From the NCBI GenBank assembly GCA_963758635.1, contig CAVWWD010000006.1, positions 128,001-192,000 of the forward strand: 64,000 nt of DNA, read 5' to 3'. The DNA is from an uncultured Candidatus Rokubacteria bacterium. Lineage in GTDB: Bacteria > Methylomirabilota > Methylomirabilia > Rokubacteriales > CSP1-6. A program made the position numbers and the translations under genes. The notes under the pieces were generated by a model. The model saw only the letters and a list, made by a program, of their open reading frames with translations. It did no database searches and had not been told where the DNA came from. Positions 39,175 to 48,016 of the stretch are shown one piece after another (position 1 is the stretch's first letter; every line of letters begins with the position of its first letter).

Positions 39175-40776
39175 TCAGCGTCCCGGGCGCTCGATCCGCC
39201 GGGTCACCGAGCGGGACACGCCGAAGGTCGGGATGAACGCGGAGTGCTTGCCCGGCCCGCCCGTGACGACGACGTGGATGTCCTCCGGCCTGCCGACGAT
39301 CGGACAGAGCGCGTCGTCGTCGTTCGGGTCCACCCACACGGGCCAGTTCTCGACCTTGTACATCGCCCGGAGCTTGAGGAGCCCCACCCGATTGCGCGCG
39401 CGATCGAAGAGGAACTGCTGGACGTCCGTCTTGCTGAGACCGCCGGAGGCGATGGTGTGAGCGTGCTCGGGGCCGAAGGCCACGAGGACGTCGCCGCGGA
39501 TCACGGAGCCGGCGTTGTTGTGGCCGATGGTGCTCATGGTATCGGCGGCCACGCGGAGCGTGGTGTAGGCGGAGGTGCACATGTGGTCGTTGATGTTGTG
39601 CGGCCCCTCGCCGGAGAAGACGGTGACCGTGCTGTCCCCGAGGGCGAACCCGCGCGTCACCCGGAACGGCTCCCAGGGCGTGGCCGCCTCGTTCTCGGCC
39701 ACGCAGTAGCTGAACTTCGCGGGCGAGCCGTGGGTGGACTGATCCCCGCTGCCCGGCAGCGCCCCGCCCACGTTGATCAGGACCAGGCGCAGCGCCCGGC
39801 CCGTGGCCGCGTTCGGGCGGAAGCCGGGCCCGAAGGCGCCGTGCGCGCAGTTGAGGCCGAGCTCCTGGACGACGGGCCCGGACACGAGCATCAGCACCGC
39901 GCACGGGTGCGTCGTGGCCTGGACGCTGTAGAGGCCGAACTCGGGCTCGGCCGCGGCCTGGATCGCCGCGATCAGCAGCGGCATGTGCTGGGGCAGGCAG
40001 CCCGCCATCACCGCGTTGATGGCCACGTTCTCCACCGTGGCCTCGGCCCACCGCGGCGGGATCACCGCGATGACCTCACCGGCGGGGCGGCCGGCGCCGG
40101 CGATCATGGCGCGCACGCGGTCCTCCGTGGGCAGCACCACGGGGAGGCCGTCGGTGAAGCGCTGCGCGTGGAACGCCTCCAGCGCCTCGTCCGCGCTCGC
40201 GAACACGAGGGGTCCGGCTTCCTTCGACGCCGAGCCGCCGGCGCGCCGGTCGGCGGCGCCGGTGAGGGCGGCGATCACCTGGGGCAACGCGTCGTCCGCC
40301 CGCTGGTGGATCACGCTCATCGCCTCGCCGCCGATCGGATGCTCGATGATGGCCAGCGGCAGGTCGGGCATGCCGAGGCTCCGCGCCTCGTCGAGGGCGA
40401 GGCCGAGGAACGCCTCCGTGCAGATCGTCACCGTGGGAATGCCGCGCTTCTCCAGCTCGACCGAGTCGTGGATACACCACGACGTGCACGACCCTCAGTC
40501 GCCGATGGCGGTGACGACCGCGTCCACCTCCGTGGCGTAGAGGTCGATCTTTTCCGCGCCGACGGCGGCGCTGGGCTTCTGCTTGGTGACGACGCGGGTG
40601 ATCCGGTGCCGGCCGCCGATCAGCTCGACCACGCGGTGCTGGAGCTCGAGGGAGTTCGGCTTCGCGTTGTTGAGCACGCCGAGGCGGATGCCTTCGAGCG
40701 AGGCCAGGCGCGCCGCGATCGGCTGGGCCTTGACCTGGTTGACCCCGAGCGGGCTCAATACGGTGATCCGGTCCAT
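39175..40776 (-). CDS. UGSC-family selenoprotein (Sec at in-frame TGA 40495-40497) fused to a large conserved domain; 533 aa
   Basis: ORFs 40495-40776 and 39175-40431 share a frame; readthrough gives [27 protein letters not shown]; hairpin just 3' of TGA. Confidence 0.88.
40465..40483 (-). promoter_or_regulatory. Putative bacterial SECIS element
   Basis: GUCGUGG-UGUAU-CCACGAC, a perfect 7-bp stem starting 11 nt after the UGA, with G in the loop. Confidence 0.7.
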
Positions 40777-40796
40777 GACGGCCTCCTGTGATGGCT

Positions 40797-40894
40797 TTGC
40801 GAGCCGAGCCGAAGGCGAGGCGAGCGAATATGGAAATGCCTTGGAAACAACTGCTGAGATTGCCGTGGAAACTAGCTGGAAATGCCTTGGAAAC
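40797..40894. repeat. Conserved upstream element plus phased TGGAAA direct repeats
   Basis: 40797-40851 aligns with 44737-44791; TGGAAA at 40831, 40842, 40866, 40877, 40888. Confidence 0.7.
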
Positions 40895-40934
40895 CAACCG
40901 CCCCCGCCTTGAATCGACGTGAAAAGGACCGCAC

Positions 40935-41603
40935 GTGCCCGACCCCGAGTTCGCGCTCCCGCCCGAGGCGTTCCGTCGCGTCGACGAGACGCCGGACGAG
41001 ATCTTCTACGACACGCCCCGCCTCGTCACCCACATCGACGACGGCGCCATCGCCGCCGTCACCCAGCTCTACCGCGAGCGCTTCCCGCGCGGCGGCGCCC
41101 TCCTCGACCTCATGTCGAGCTGGGTCAGCCACCTGCCGCCCGAGGTCGAGTACCGGCGCGTGGTCGGGCTCGGGATGAACGAGGTCGAGCTGGGCGCCAA
41201 TCCGCGCCTGCACGCGTTCGTGGTGCACGACCTCAACCAGCGGCCGGCGCTGCCGTTCGCCGACGGCGAGTTCGACGGCGGCGCCATCTGCGTGTCGGTG
41301 GACTACCTCGTCCACCCCGTGCGCGTGCTGCGCGAGGCGGGCCGGGTTCTGCGGCCGGGCGCGCCGCTCGTCGTCACGTTTTCCAACCGGTGCTTTCCCA
41401 CCAAGGTGATCGCGGCGTGGCAGGCGCTGGACGACGAGGGGCACGTGGCGCTCGTCGAGCGCTTCTTCCGCGCCGCCGGCAACTGGACGCGCGTCGAGGC
41501 CCTCGACCGGAGCCCCCGGGACGGCGATCCCCTCTACGCCGTGATCGGGACGAGCGCCGGGCCGGCCGCGGGCGCGGCCCCCGTCGCTGGTCCGGCGACC
41601 TGA
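40935..41603 (+). CDS. Methyltransferase type 11-like protein
   Basis: FYDTPRLVTHIDD, LDLMSSWVSHLP, TFSNRCFPTK. Confidence 0.85.
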   Translation: MPDPEFALPPEAFRRVDETPDEIFYDTPRLVTHIDDGAIAAVTQLYRERFPRGGALLDLMSSWVSHLPPEVEYRRVVGLGMNEVELGANPRLHAFVVHDLNQRPALPFADGEFDGGAICVSVDYLVHPVRVLREAGRVLRPGAPLVVTFSNRCFPTKVIAAWQALDDEGHVALVERFFRAAGNWTRVEALDRSPRDGDPLYAVIGTSAGPAAGAAPVAGPAT

Positions 41604-43567
41604 GGCCCGGGCCGACAGCTCAGCCGCCCGAGCGCGGGACCTGCCGGAGGCGCGCCGTCCCGCGCCCGGGCATCCGACGGCGCCGGGCCCTCGGGCAGGT
41701 CCTCGGCGAGCGCGCGCGCCAGCTCCTCCGGTGTCAGCGAGCGGGCCAGGCGCTCGGTGACGGCCAGGGCCATGCGCTCGATCGTGGCCGCCTCCTGCAG
41801 CGCGCGCACCGGCGCGTCGCCCAGATGGAACACCTCGTGGACGCGCGCGAGCAGCCGCATCGCCGAGAGCGACTCGCCGCCCAGGTCGAGGAACTCGTCG
41901 TGGATCCCGACCGCGTCGATGCCGAGCGCGGCCGCCCACAGGTCGGCGAGCGCGGACTCCACGGGCGTCCGGGGAGCCACGTACGGCCCGGCCTCGATGG
42001 GCCGGACGGCGGCCGGCGCGGGCAGCCGCTGGCGGTCCACCTTCCCGCTCGACGTGAGCGGCAGCGCGGAGAGCAGCAGGAACGCGCTCGGCACCATGGG
42101 CCCGGGCAGGCGCCGCCGGGCGAACTCGCGAAGATCGCGCACGGTCGGCGCGGCCGACGGATCGGGAACGACGTAGGCGACCAGGCGCGGCTCGCCCGCG
42201 TGGTCGGGCTGCGTCATGACCGCGACGTCCTTGATCGCGGCGTGCCCGCGGAGCGCGTGCTCCACCTCGTTCGGCTCGATGCGATGTCCGCGCACCTTCA
42301 CGCGGAAGTCCTTGCGCCCGAGATGCACCAGGCAGCCGTCCGCCGTGAGCCGCCCCACGTCGCCCGTCCGGTAGATGCGGGCGTCGCCGCCGCCGGGATC
42401 GGGAGCGAAGGCGGCCGCGGTGAGGTCGGGACGCGCCCAGTAGCCCGGCGACAGGTAGCGGCTTCGCACCACGATCTCGCCGGTCTCGCCCGGGCCGACG
42501 GGGGCGCCGTCGTCGTCGAGCAGCAGGACCTCCATGCCGTCCACGGGGTAGCCCACCGGCACCGCGCCGTCCGACAGGGGCGTCGTGTCGTCCATGAAGA
42601 AGATGCGGGTGACGCCGGTCTCCGTGGAAGACAGCGCGTTGACGAGGAGCGCGTGCGTCCCGAAGCGGGCGCGGTAGCGCTCCACGTCGCGCGCGGAGAC
42701 CGTCTCGCTGCCCACCCGGATCAGGCGCAGCGTCGGGATGGCCTCGCCGTCGGCCAGCGTGTCCACGAAGCCGCGAAAGACGCTCGCGCTGGACGAGAAG
42801 ATCGTGATCCCCTCGTCGCGGAGCCAGTCGGCGAGCCCGGTCAGGCCCGCGGCCTTGAGGTCGCGGACGTGGAGCCCGGCGCCGTTGAGCACGGAGCGGT
42901 ACATGACCGTGCGGGCCTGGCCGGTGTGGAGCGCGGCGAGGAGCGTCATGCGGTCGGAGGCGGCAATGCGGAAGCGGTTGCCCACGCGCATGGCGTGGTG
43001 GAGGAGGTTCCGGTGGCTCTGCATCACGCCCTTCGGCCGCCCCGTCGAGCCGGAGGTGTAGACGATCTCCGCCAGCGCCTCCGGCGGGATCGCCAGCCCC
43101 GGATCTGTGGCTGCGCTACCGGCGAGTGCGGCGTCCAGATCGAGCGTGGCGCCCGCGTCGCCGAGCAGCGCGCGCCCGAGCGCGGTCCGGTCGGCCCGGG
43201 TCACGACGAGGCGCGGCGCCACCTCCTGGACGATCGCGTCCAGGCGCGCGCGCGGCGCCGCGGCGTCGAGGGGCACGTAGGACTTGCCGGCCTTCAGCAC
43301 GCCGAGGATCGCGGCGATCGCCGGCGCGCCCTGCTCGAGCAGGAGGCCCACCGAGCCCTCGCCGGGCCCGAGGGCGTCGAGCACGGCGTGCGCCACCCGG
43401 TTGGCGTCCCGGTTGAGCGCGTCGTACGTCAGGGCGCCGGACGCGTCACGAACGGCCACCCGATCCGGCGAGCGTCCCGCCACCGACTCGAACCGCTCGG
43501 GGATCGATCGCTCCACGTCCTTCGCGGGGAACGGGACGAACACGCCCGCCGGCTCGACGCGGCTCAC
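41534..43567 (-). CDS. Stand-alone NRPS-like adenylation-carrier (A-PCP) didomain
   Basis: YTSGSTGRPKGV, YRTGD, GRKDFRVKVRGHRIE, LPLTSSGKVDR, FLDLGGESL. Confidence 0.88.
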   Translation of the reverse strand: MSRVEPAGVFVPFPAKDVERSIPERFESVAGRSPDRVAVRDASGALTYDALNRDANRVAHAVLDALGPGEGSVGLLLEQGAPAIAAILGVLKAGKSYVPLDAAAPRARLDAIVQEVAPRLVVTRADRTALGRALLGDAGATLDLDAALAGSAATDPGLAIPPEALAEIVYTSGSTGRPKGVMQSHRNLLHHAMRVGNRFRIAASDRMTLLAALHTGQARTVMYRSVLNGAGLHVRDLKAAGLTGLADWLRDEGITIFSSSASVFRGFVDTLADGEAIPTLRLIRVGSETVSARDVERYRARFGTHALLVNALSSTETGVTRIFFMDDTTPLSDGAVPVGYPVDGMEVLLLDDDGAPVGPGETGEIVVRSRYLSPGYWARPDLTAAAFAPDPGGGDARIYRTGDVGRLTADGCLVHLGRKDFRVKVRGHRIEPNEVEHALRGHAAIKDVAVMTQPDHAGEPRLVAYVVPDPSAAPTVRDLREFARRRLPGPMVPSAFLLLSALPLTSSGKVDRQRLPAPAAVRPIEAGPYVAPRTPVESALADLWAAALGIDAVGIHDEFLDLGGESLSAMRLLARVHEVFHLGDAPVRALQEAATIERMALAVTERLARSLTPEELARALAEDLPEGPAPSDARARDGAPPAGPALGRLSCRPGPQVAGPATGAAPAAGPALVPITA

Positions 43568-43640
43568 CGGCGAGCTCCAACCTGGGCAATGAGGACACCA
43601 CGCAACACCGAGATGCGGGCACGAGGCATCGTGCGGCGGA

Positions 43641-44687
43641 TCAGAGCTTGGGCGCCACCTGCTCGACGAAGCGCCGCATCGAGCGCTCGACCTCCTCGCG
43701 CGGCAGCCGGGAGCCCTGATCGAACCAGCAGATGATCTCCGACAGCCCGAGCTCGTCGCGGGCGGCCTGGAGCCGGTCGACCAGCTCCGCGGCGTCGCCG
43801 AACATGCCCTGGTCGCGGCAGAACTTCTCGTACGGCAGGTTGGCCAGGTTCTCCTCGATCATGCGCAGGCGCGGCAGGTGATCGGTCACTGTCGGGGGCA
43901 GGTCGGAGAAGATGACCTGGAGGTTCTGGTAGTACTGGAGGACGCCCGGCCGCATCGCCTCCCGCGCCGCCGCCGGCCCCGCGCCGACGTGCACCGGGAA
44001 CATGAGCGCCATCTGGTCGCCGCCCCACGCGTGCCCGCCGGCGGCGAGCCGCGCGCGGTAGAGCGCCATGTACTCGCGGAGCTGGGGCAGCGGCGTGGTC
44101 GTGGTGCCCGAGTAGATCGGCAGCCCGAGGCCGCCGATGTGCTCGAAGCTCTCCGCGGTGTGCACGGCCACACGGATGGGCGGGTGCGGCTGCTGCACGG
44201 GCTTCGGCACCACGCGGAGGTTCTCCACCTGGTAGAAGCGCCCCTGGTAGGTCACACGCTCCTGCGTCCACGCGAGGCGGATGATCTCCAGCGCCTCGTC
44301 GAAGCGCGCGCGATTCTCCGCCACCGGGACGCGGAACCCGTGGAACTGCGTGGGGATCGACCCGCGCCCCACGCCGAACTCCAGACGCCCGTCCGACAGG
44401 ATGTCGGCCATGGCCGCCTGCTCGGCCAGGTGGAGCGGGTGGTGGAGCGGCAGCAGCGTCACCGCGGTGCCGATCCGGATGCGCCGCGTGCGCTGCGCGA
44501 TCGCCGGGACGGCCATGAGGGGCTGCGGCAGCAGCGAGAAGGCGCCGCCGAAGTGGATCTCGGCGAGCCACGCCACGTCGAACCCCAGCGACTCGCCGAA
44601 CGCGATGAGGTCGAGCATCTCCGCGTATCGCTCGGCGTGGGTGCGGCCTGGAGACTCCGACGCCTGGAAGAAGAGGCCGAAGCGCAT
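43641..44687 (-). CDS. LLM-class flavin-dependent oxidoreductase
   Basis: MRFGLF, WLAEIHF, HPLHLAEQ, LSDGRLEFGVGRG, PKPVQQPHPP. Confidence 0.9.
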   Translation of the reverse strand: MRFGLFFQASESPGRTHAERYAEMLDLIAFGESLGFDVAWLAEIHFGGAFSLLPQPLMAVPAIAQRTRRIRIGTAVTLLPLHHPLHLAEQAAMADILSDGRLEFGVGRGSIPTQFHGFRVPVAENRARFDEALEIIRLAWTQERVTYQGRFYQVENLRVVPKPVQQPHPPIRVAVHTAESFEHIGGLGLPIYSGTTTTPLPQLREYMALYRARLAAGGHAWGGDQMALMFPVHVGAGPAAAREAMRPGVLQYYQNLQVIFSDLPPTVTDHLPRLRMIEENLANLPYEKFCRDQGMFGDAAELVDRLQAARDELGLSEIICWFDQGSRLPREEVERSMRRFVEQVAPKL

Positions 44688-44736
44688 GTCCGCCAGCATA
44701 CGGATAACTGACGGGCTTCGCCACGGCCACGTTGCA

Positions 44737-44791
44737 TTGCGAGCTGAGCCGCAGGCGAGGCGAGCGCATCCAAAAATGCTGTGGAATCAAC
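44737..44791. repeat. Second copy of the upstream element seen at 40797
   Basis: TTGCGAGCTGAGCCGCAGGCGAGGCGAGCG...AAATGCTGTGGAATCAAC. Confidence 0.7.
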
Positions 44792-44878
44792 CGCCAACTT
44801 GGCGGTTTGCTCTGCCCTTGCCCTCCGCAATTCGTCGACGCGGATTCCCAATCCTGGTACGGGCCGTGACCGGTCGGC

Positions 44879-46006
44879 TCACAGGCCGTGGATCGGGAAG
44901 ACCTTCTCCCGGAGGCTCTCCACCTGGCGGGCCGCGTACTGCTCCGCCGACGTCCGGGTGTCGGGCGGCAGCTCGGCCTCGGGGTCCCAGAGCGACATGA
45001 CGGCCAGGCCGAGGCGGCGCATGTCGGCGTGCGAGCCCGCCGGCAGGGCGGCGTCGAGCGTCACGCCGTTGAGGGCGGCCCACGCCGCCGTCCACGCGCG
45101 CGCCACGTTCGGGAGGTGATACCCGCCGCCGCCCAGCGCGACCACGCGCGGCGCCGCCTCGAGGAGCCGGCGCACCACCGCGTCGAAGCCCTGGACGGTG
45201 AGCGCCAGGTGCGTGAGGGGATCGGTGCGGTGCGAGTCGATCCCGAGCTGCAGCACGAGCACGTCGGGCGCGAACGCGCGGAGCAGCGGCGGCACCACCG
45301 CCTCGAACGCCGGCCGGTACACGGCATCGTCGGTGAACGGCTGGAGCGGCAGGTTCACGGAGAAGCCGCGGCCCTCGCCCTCGCCGAGCTCGTCCACGAA
45401 CCCGGTGCCGGGGAAGAGCCGGTCGCCGCGCTCGTGGGTGGAGATGGTGAGCACGGCGGGGTCGTCGTAGAAGGCCCACTGCACGCCGTCGCCGTGATGC
45501 GCGTCGATGTCGACGTAGGCCACGCGCCAGCCCCGGCGCCGGAGCGCCATGATGGCGAGCACGGCGTCGTTGACGTAGCAGAAGCCGGAGGCGCGGTCGG
45601 GCATGGCGTGGTGGAGCCCGCCCGCGAAGTGGAACGCGCGGTCCACCTCGCCCTCGGCCACGAGGCGCGCGGCGAGGAGGGAGCCGCCCGCGACGAGCTG
45701 CGCCGCCTCCCAGATCCCGGGGAAGATGGGATTGTCGCCGGGGCCGAGGCCGTACCGGGGCGCGTCCGGCATCCACTGTCCGGCGTCGAGCCCGCGCAGC
45801 ACCTCGATGTACTCGGCGTCGTGGAAGCGCGCGATCTCCGTCACGTCGGCGGGCTCGGGCGCGATGACGCGGGCGCGCGGGAGCGCGGTCAGCCCGTAGG
45901 CCTCCATCAGCCGCCACGTGAGCCCCAGCCGCTCCATCCGGAGCGGATGCTCCGGACCGTAGTCGAAGCGCCGCCACGCCTCGCTGTGGATGAGCGCGGC
46001 CTTCAT
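44879..46006 (-). CDS. acuC: AcuC / histone deacetylase family protein
   Basis: YGPEHPL, GGLHHA..RASGFCYVND, DIDAHHGDGVQ, LFPGTG, LGGGGY. Confidence 0.9.
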   Translation of the reverse strand: MKAALIHSEAWRRFDYGPEHPLRMERLGLTWRLMEAYGLTALPRARVIAPEPADVTEIARFHDAEYIEVLRGLDAGQWMPDAPRYGLGPGDNPIFPGIWEAAQLVAGGSLLAARLVAEGEVDRAFHFAGGLHHAMPDRASGFCYVNDAVLAIMALRRRGWRVAYVDIDAHHGDGVQWAFYDDPAVLTISTHERGDRLFPGTGFVDELGEGEGRGFSVNLPLQPFTDDAVYRPAFEAVVPPLLRAFAPDVLVLQLGIDSHRTDPLTHLALTVQGFDAVVRRLLEAAPRVVALGGGGYHLPNVARAWTAAWAALNGVTLDAALPAGSHADMRRLGLAVMSLWDPEAELPPDTRTSAEQYAARQVESLREKVFPIHGL

Positions 46007-46534
46007 GCCATCTTCCGCGGCCGGCCCGTCCCGCGCCGGCGCCAGGTTCCCGACGTCGCCCCCGGACTTGTGGAGCAGGCGCAGGCCGGTGAGGACGACG
46101 CCACGGTCCACCGCCTTGACCATGTCGTACACGGTGAGGCCCGCCACCGCGGCGGCGGTGAGCGCCTCCATCTCCACGCCGGTCTTGTCCACCGTGCGCA
46201 CGCGAGCTTCCACGGTGATCGTGGAGCGGCGGCGGTCGAGGGCGAACGTGACGTCCGCGCCCGTGATGCGCAGTGGATGGCAGAGCGGGATCAGGTCGGG
46301 CGTGCGCTTGGCCGCCATGATGCCGGCGGTCCGCGCCACGCCGAGCACGTCGCCCTTGGCCATCTGGCCGGCGCGCACGGCGGACAGGGTGGCGGGCTGG
46401 AGCTTGAGGGTGACCTGGGCCACGGCCTCGCGGACAGTCTCGGCCTTGGCGGACACGTCCACCATGCGTGCATCACCGGCAGGTGTGAGGTGAGAGAGGC
46501 CGCGAAAGCCCGCCCTCTCTCGGGACGGGACCAT
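46003..46534 (-). CDS. moaC: Cyclic pyranopterin monophosphate synthase MoaC (probable 1-bp indel near 3' end)
   Basis: MVDVSAK, KGDVL, AAKRT.DLIPLCHPL, TGVEMEAL, YDMVKAVD, KSGG. Confidence 0.92.
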
Positions 46535-46564
46535 TGGGAAGGACCGGAAGGCGCGCGGCGCGCG

Positions 46565-46795
46565 TCAGGCGGGGGTGGCAGCGCGGGCCTGCCGGATCAT
46601 CACCTCCATGCGATCCTTGGCGATGAGCTTCAGCTTCTTCAGCTCGCTCACCCGCCAGTGCTGATCGGCCGACAGGAACCCGCGCCCGTTGAGCGCGCTG
46701 AGCTCCTGCTCGTAGCTCCGGTGCTCTTCGCGGAGCTTGCGGAACTCGTCATTCTCGGCCGACAGCCGCTCGATCAGGGCGTCCGTATCGGGCAT
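46565..46795 (-). CDS. DUF465/YdcH-like small coiled-coil protein
   Basis: EFRKL.EEH, ELKKLKLIAKDRM; AAGGAGG RBS. Confidence 0.8.
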   Translation of the reverse strand: MPDTDALIERLSAENDEFRKLREEHRSYEQELSALNGRGFLSADQHWRVSELKKLKLIAKDRMEVMIRQARAATPA

Positions 46796-46880
46796 GCATC
46801 CCTCCTTGCGGTCATCCGAGCGAGGGTCCCACCCCGGCGCCGCTCTCGCCGGCTCCGGGCTGCCTCTTGCTTTGCCCCCG

Positions 46881-46910
46881 CTTATACCCCCCGCTCTGGC
46901 GGGGTGTCAA
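46881..46910 (-). promoter_or_regulatory. Putative sigma70 promoter
   Basis: TTGACA-N18-TATAAG upstream of DUF465-moaC-acuC. Confidence 0.55.
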
Positions 46911-48016
46911 GGCGGAGCGGGCCGAAGCACGTGGAGCGCGGTGGCCTTGAACTGCGCGACCACCTCCGATCCCGGCCCGAGGCGCATCTCCTCCACGGAG
47001 CGGCGCGTCACGAGCGCCGAGAGCTCGAACCCGCAGTCGATCCCCACGCGGAGGTGGGGCCCGGCGGGCACGATCCGCGCGACGCGCCCGGCGATCCGGT
47101 TGCGCGCGCTCCGGCCGCCGTCGGTCGCCGACCCGATCACGATGGTGACATCCTCGGGCCGCAGGCAGAGGCGCACGCGCTCCCCCGCCCGCGCGGGCGC
47201 CGCCACCTCGATCACGTGGCCGCCCGCTTCGACCACCGCCACGTCCCGATCCATCGAGACGACGACGCCGTCCAGGATGGTCTCGACGCCCACGAAGCGC
47301 GCGACCTCCTCCGACGCGGGCGACCGGAACACGCGCGCGGTCTCGTCCACCTGGGCGATGCGGCCGGCGAAGAGCACGGCCGTGCGGTCGGCGAGGGCGA
47401 GAGCCTCGGCACGGTCGTGGGTGACGAGCACGGTGGCCATGCCGCGGCGCCGGAGGATGGGGCCGATGTCGCCGATGAGCGCTTCGCGGCTCGGCTGATC
47501 GAGGGCGGAGAAGGGCTCGTCGAGGAGCAGGAGGTCCGGGGCGAGCACGAGCGCGCGCGCCAGGGCCGTGCGCTGGGCCTCGCCGCCGGACAGCGTGCGG
47601 GCCTGGCGGCGCGCGAGGCCGGCGATGCCGAGCCGCTCCAGCCATTCCGTGGCGCGCCGCGCGATCTCGCTTCGCGGCGTCCCGCGGAAGCGGAGGCCCA
47701 TGCCCACGTTGTCGAGCACCGTGGCATCGGCGAGGAGCGGCTCCTGGAACACCGCGGCCGTGCGGCGGCGCACGTCCAGGGCCCGCGCGGGCGACACCGG
47801 CAGCCCGAGGAAGCGCACGCTCCCGGTGGCGGGAGTCTCGAGGAGGCCGAGGATCCTGAGCAGCGTGGACTTGCCCGCGCCGTTGGGGCCGATCACCGCG
47901 AGCACCTCGTCCGGGCTCACGGCCAGCGCGGGCGCGTCCAGCACCACCCGGCCGTCGCGCGCCACGGTGACGGCCTCGATCGCGACCACGGACGGCGGCG
48001 CCGCCGTCTCCGTCAT
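46907..48016 (-). CDS. ABC transporter ATP-binding protein with TOBE domains (TupC-like)
   Basis: GPNGAGKST, LSGGEAQR, LLLDEPF, SARNRI TOBE. Confidence 0.85.
   Translation of the reverse strand: MTETAAPPSVVAIEAVTVARDGRVVLDAPALAVSPDEVLAVIGPNGAGKSTLLRILGLLETPATGSVRFLGLPVSPARALDVRRRTAAVFQEPLLADATVLDNVGMGLRFRGTPRSEIARRATEWLERLGIAGLARRQARTLSGGEAQRTALARALVLAPDLLLLDEPFSALDQPSREALIGDIGPILRRRGMATVLVTHDRAEALALADRTAVLFAGRIAQVDETARVFRSPASEEVARFVGVETILDGVVVSMDRDVAVVEAGGHVIEVAAPARAGERVRLCLRPEDVTIVIGSATDGGRSARNRIAGRVARIVPAGPHLRVGIDCGFELSALVTRRSVEEMRLGPGSEVVAQFKATALHVLRPAPP

Noticed and set aside
44879..46534. Apparent MoaC-AcuC (deacetylase) fusion, 551 aa
   Set aside because: Removing one base after KSGG gives a normal MoaC end (TSGTWRRRGTGRPRKMA*) whose TGA overlaps the acuC ATG. 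Most likely an indel error at a G run.
46796..46880. Moco/Tuco riboswitch upstream of DUF465-moaC
   Set aside because: A GC hairpin with a GAGA loop is present, but I could not match the conserved riboswitch motif. An Rfam/Infernal scan would be needed.
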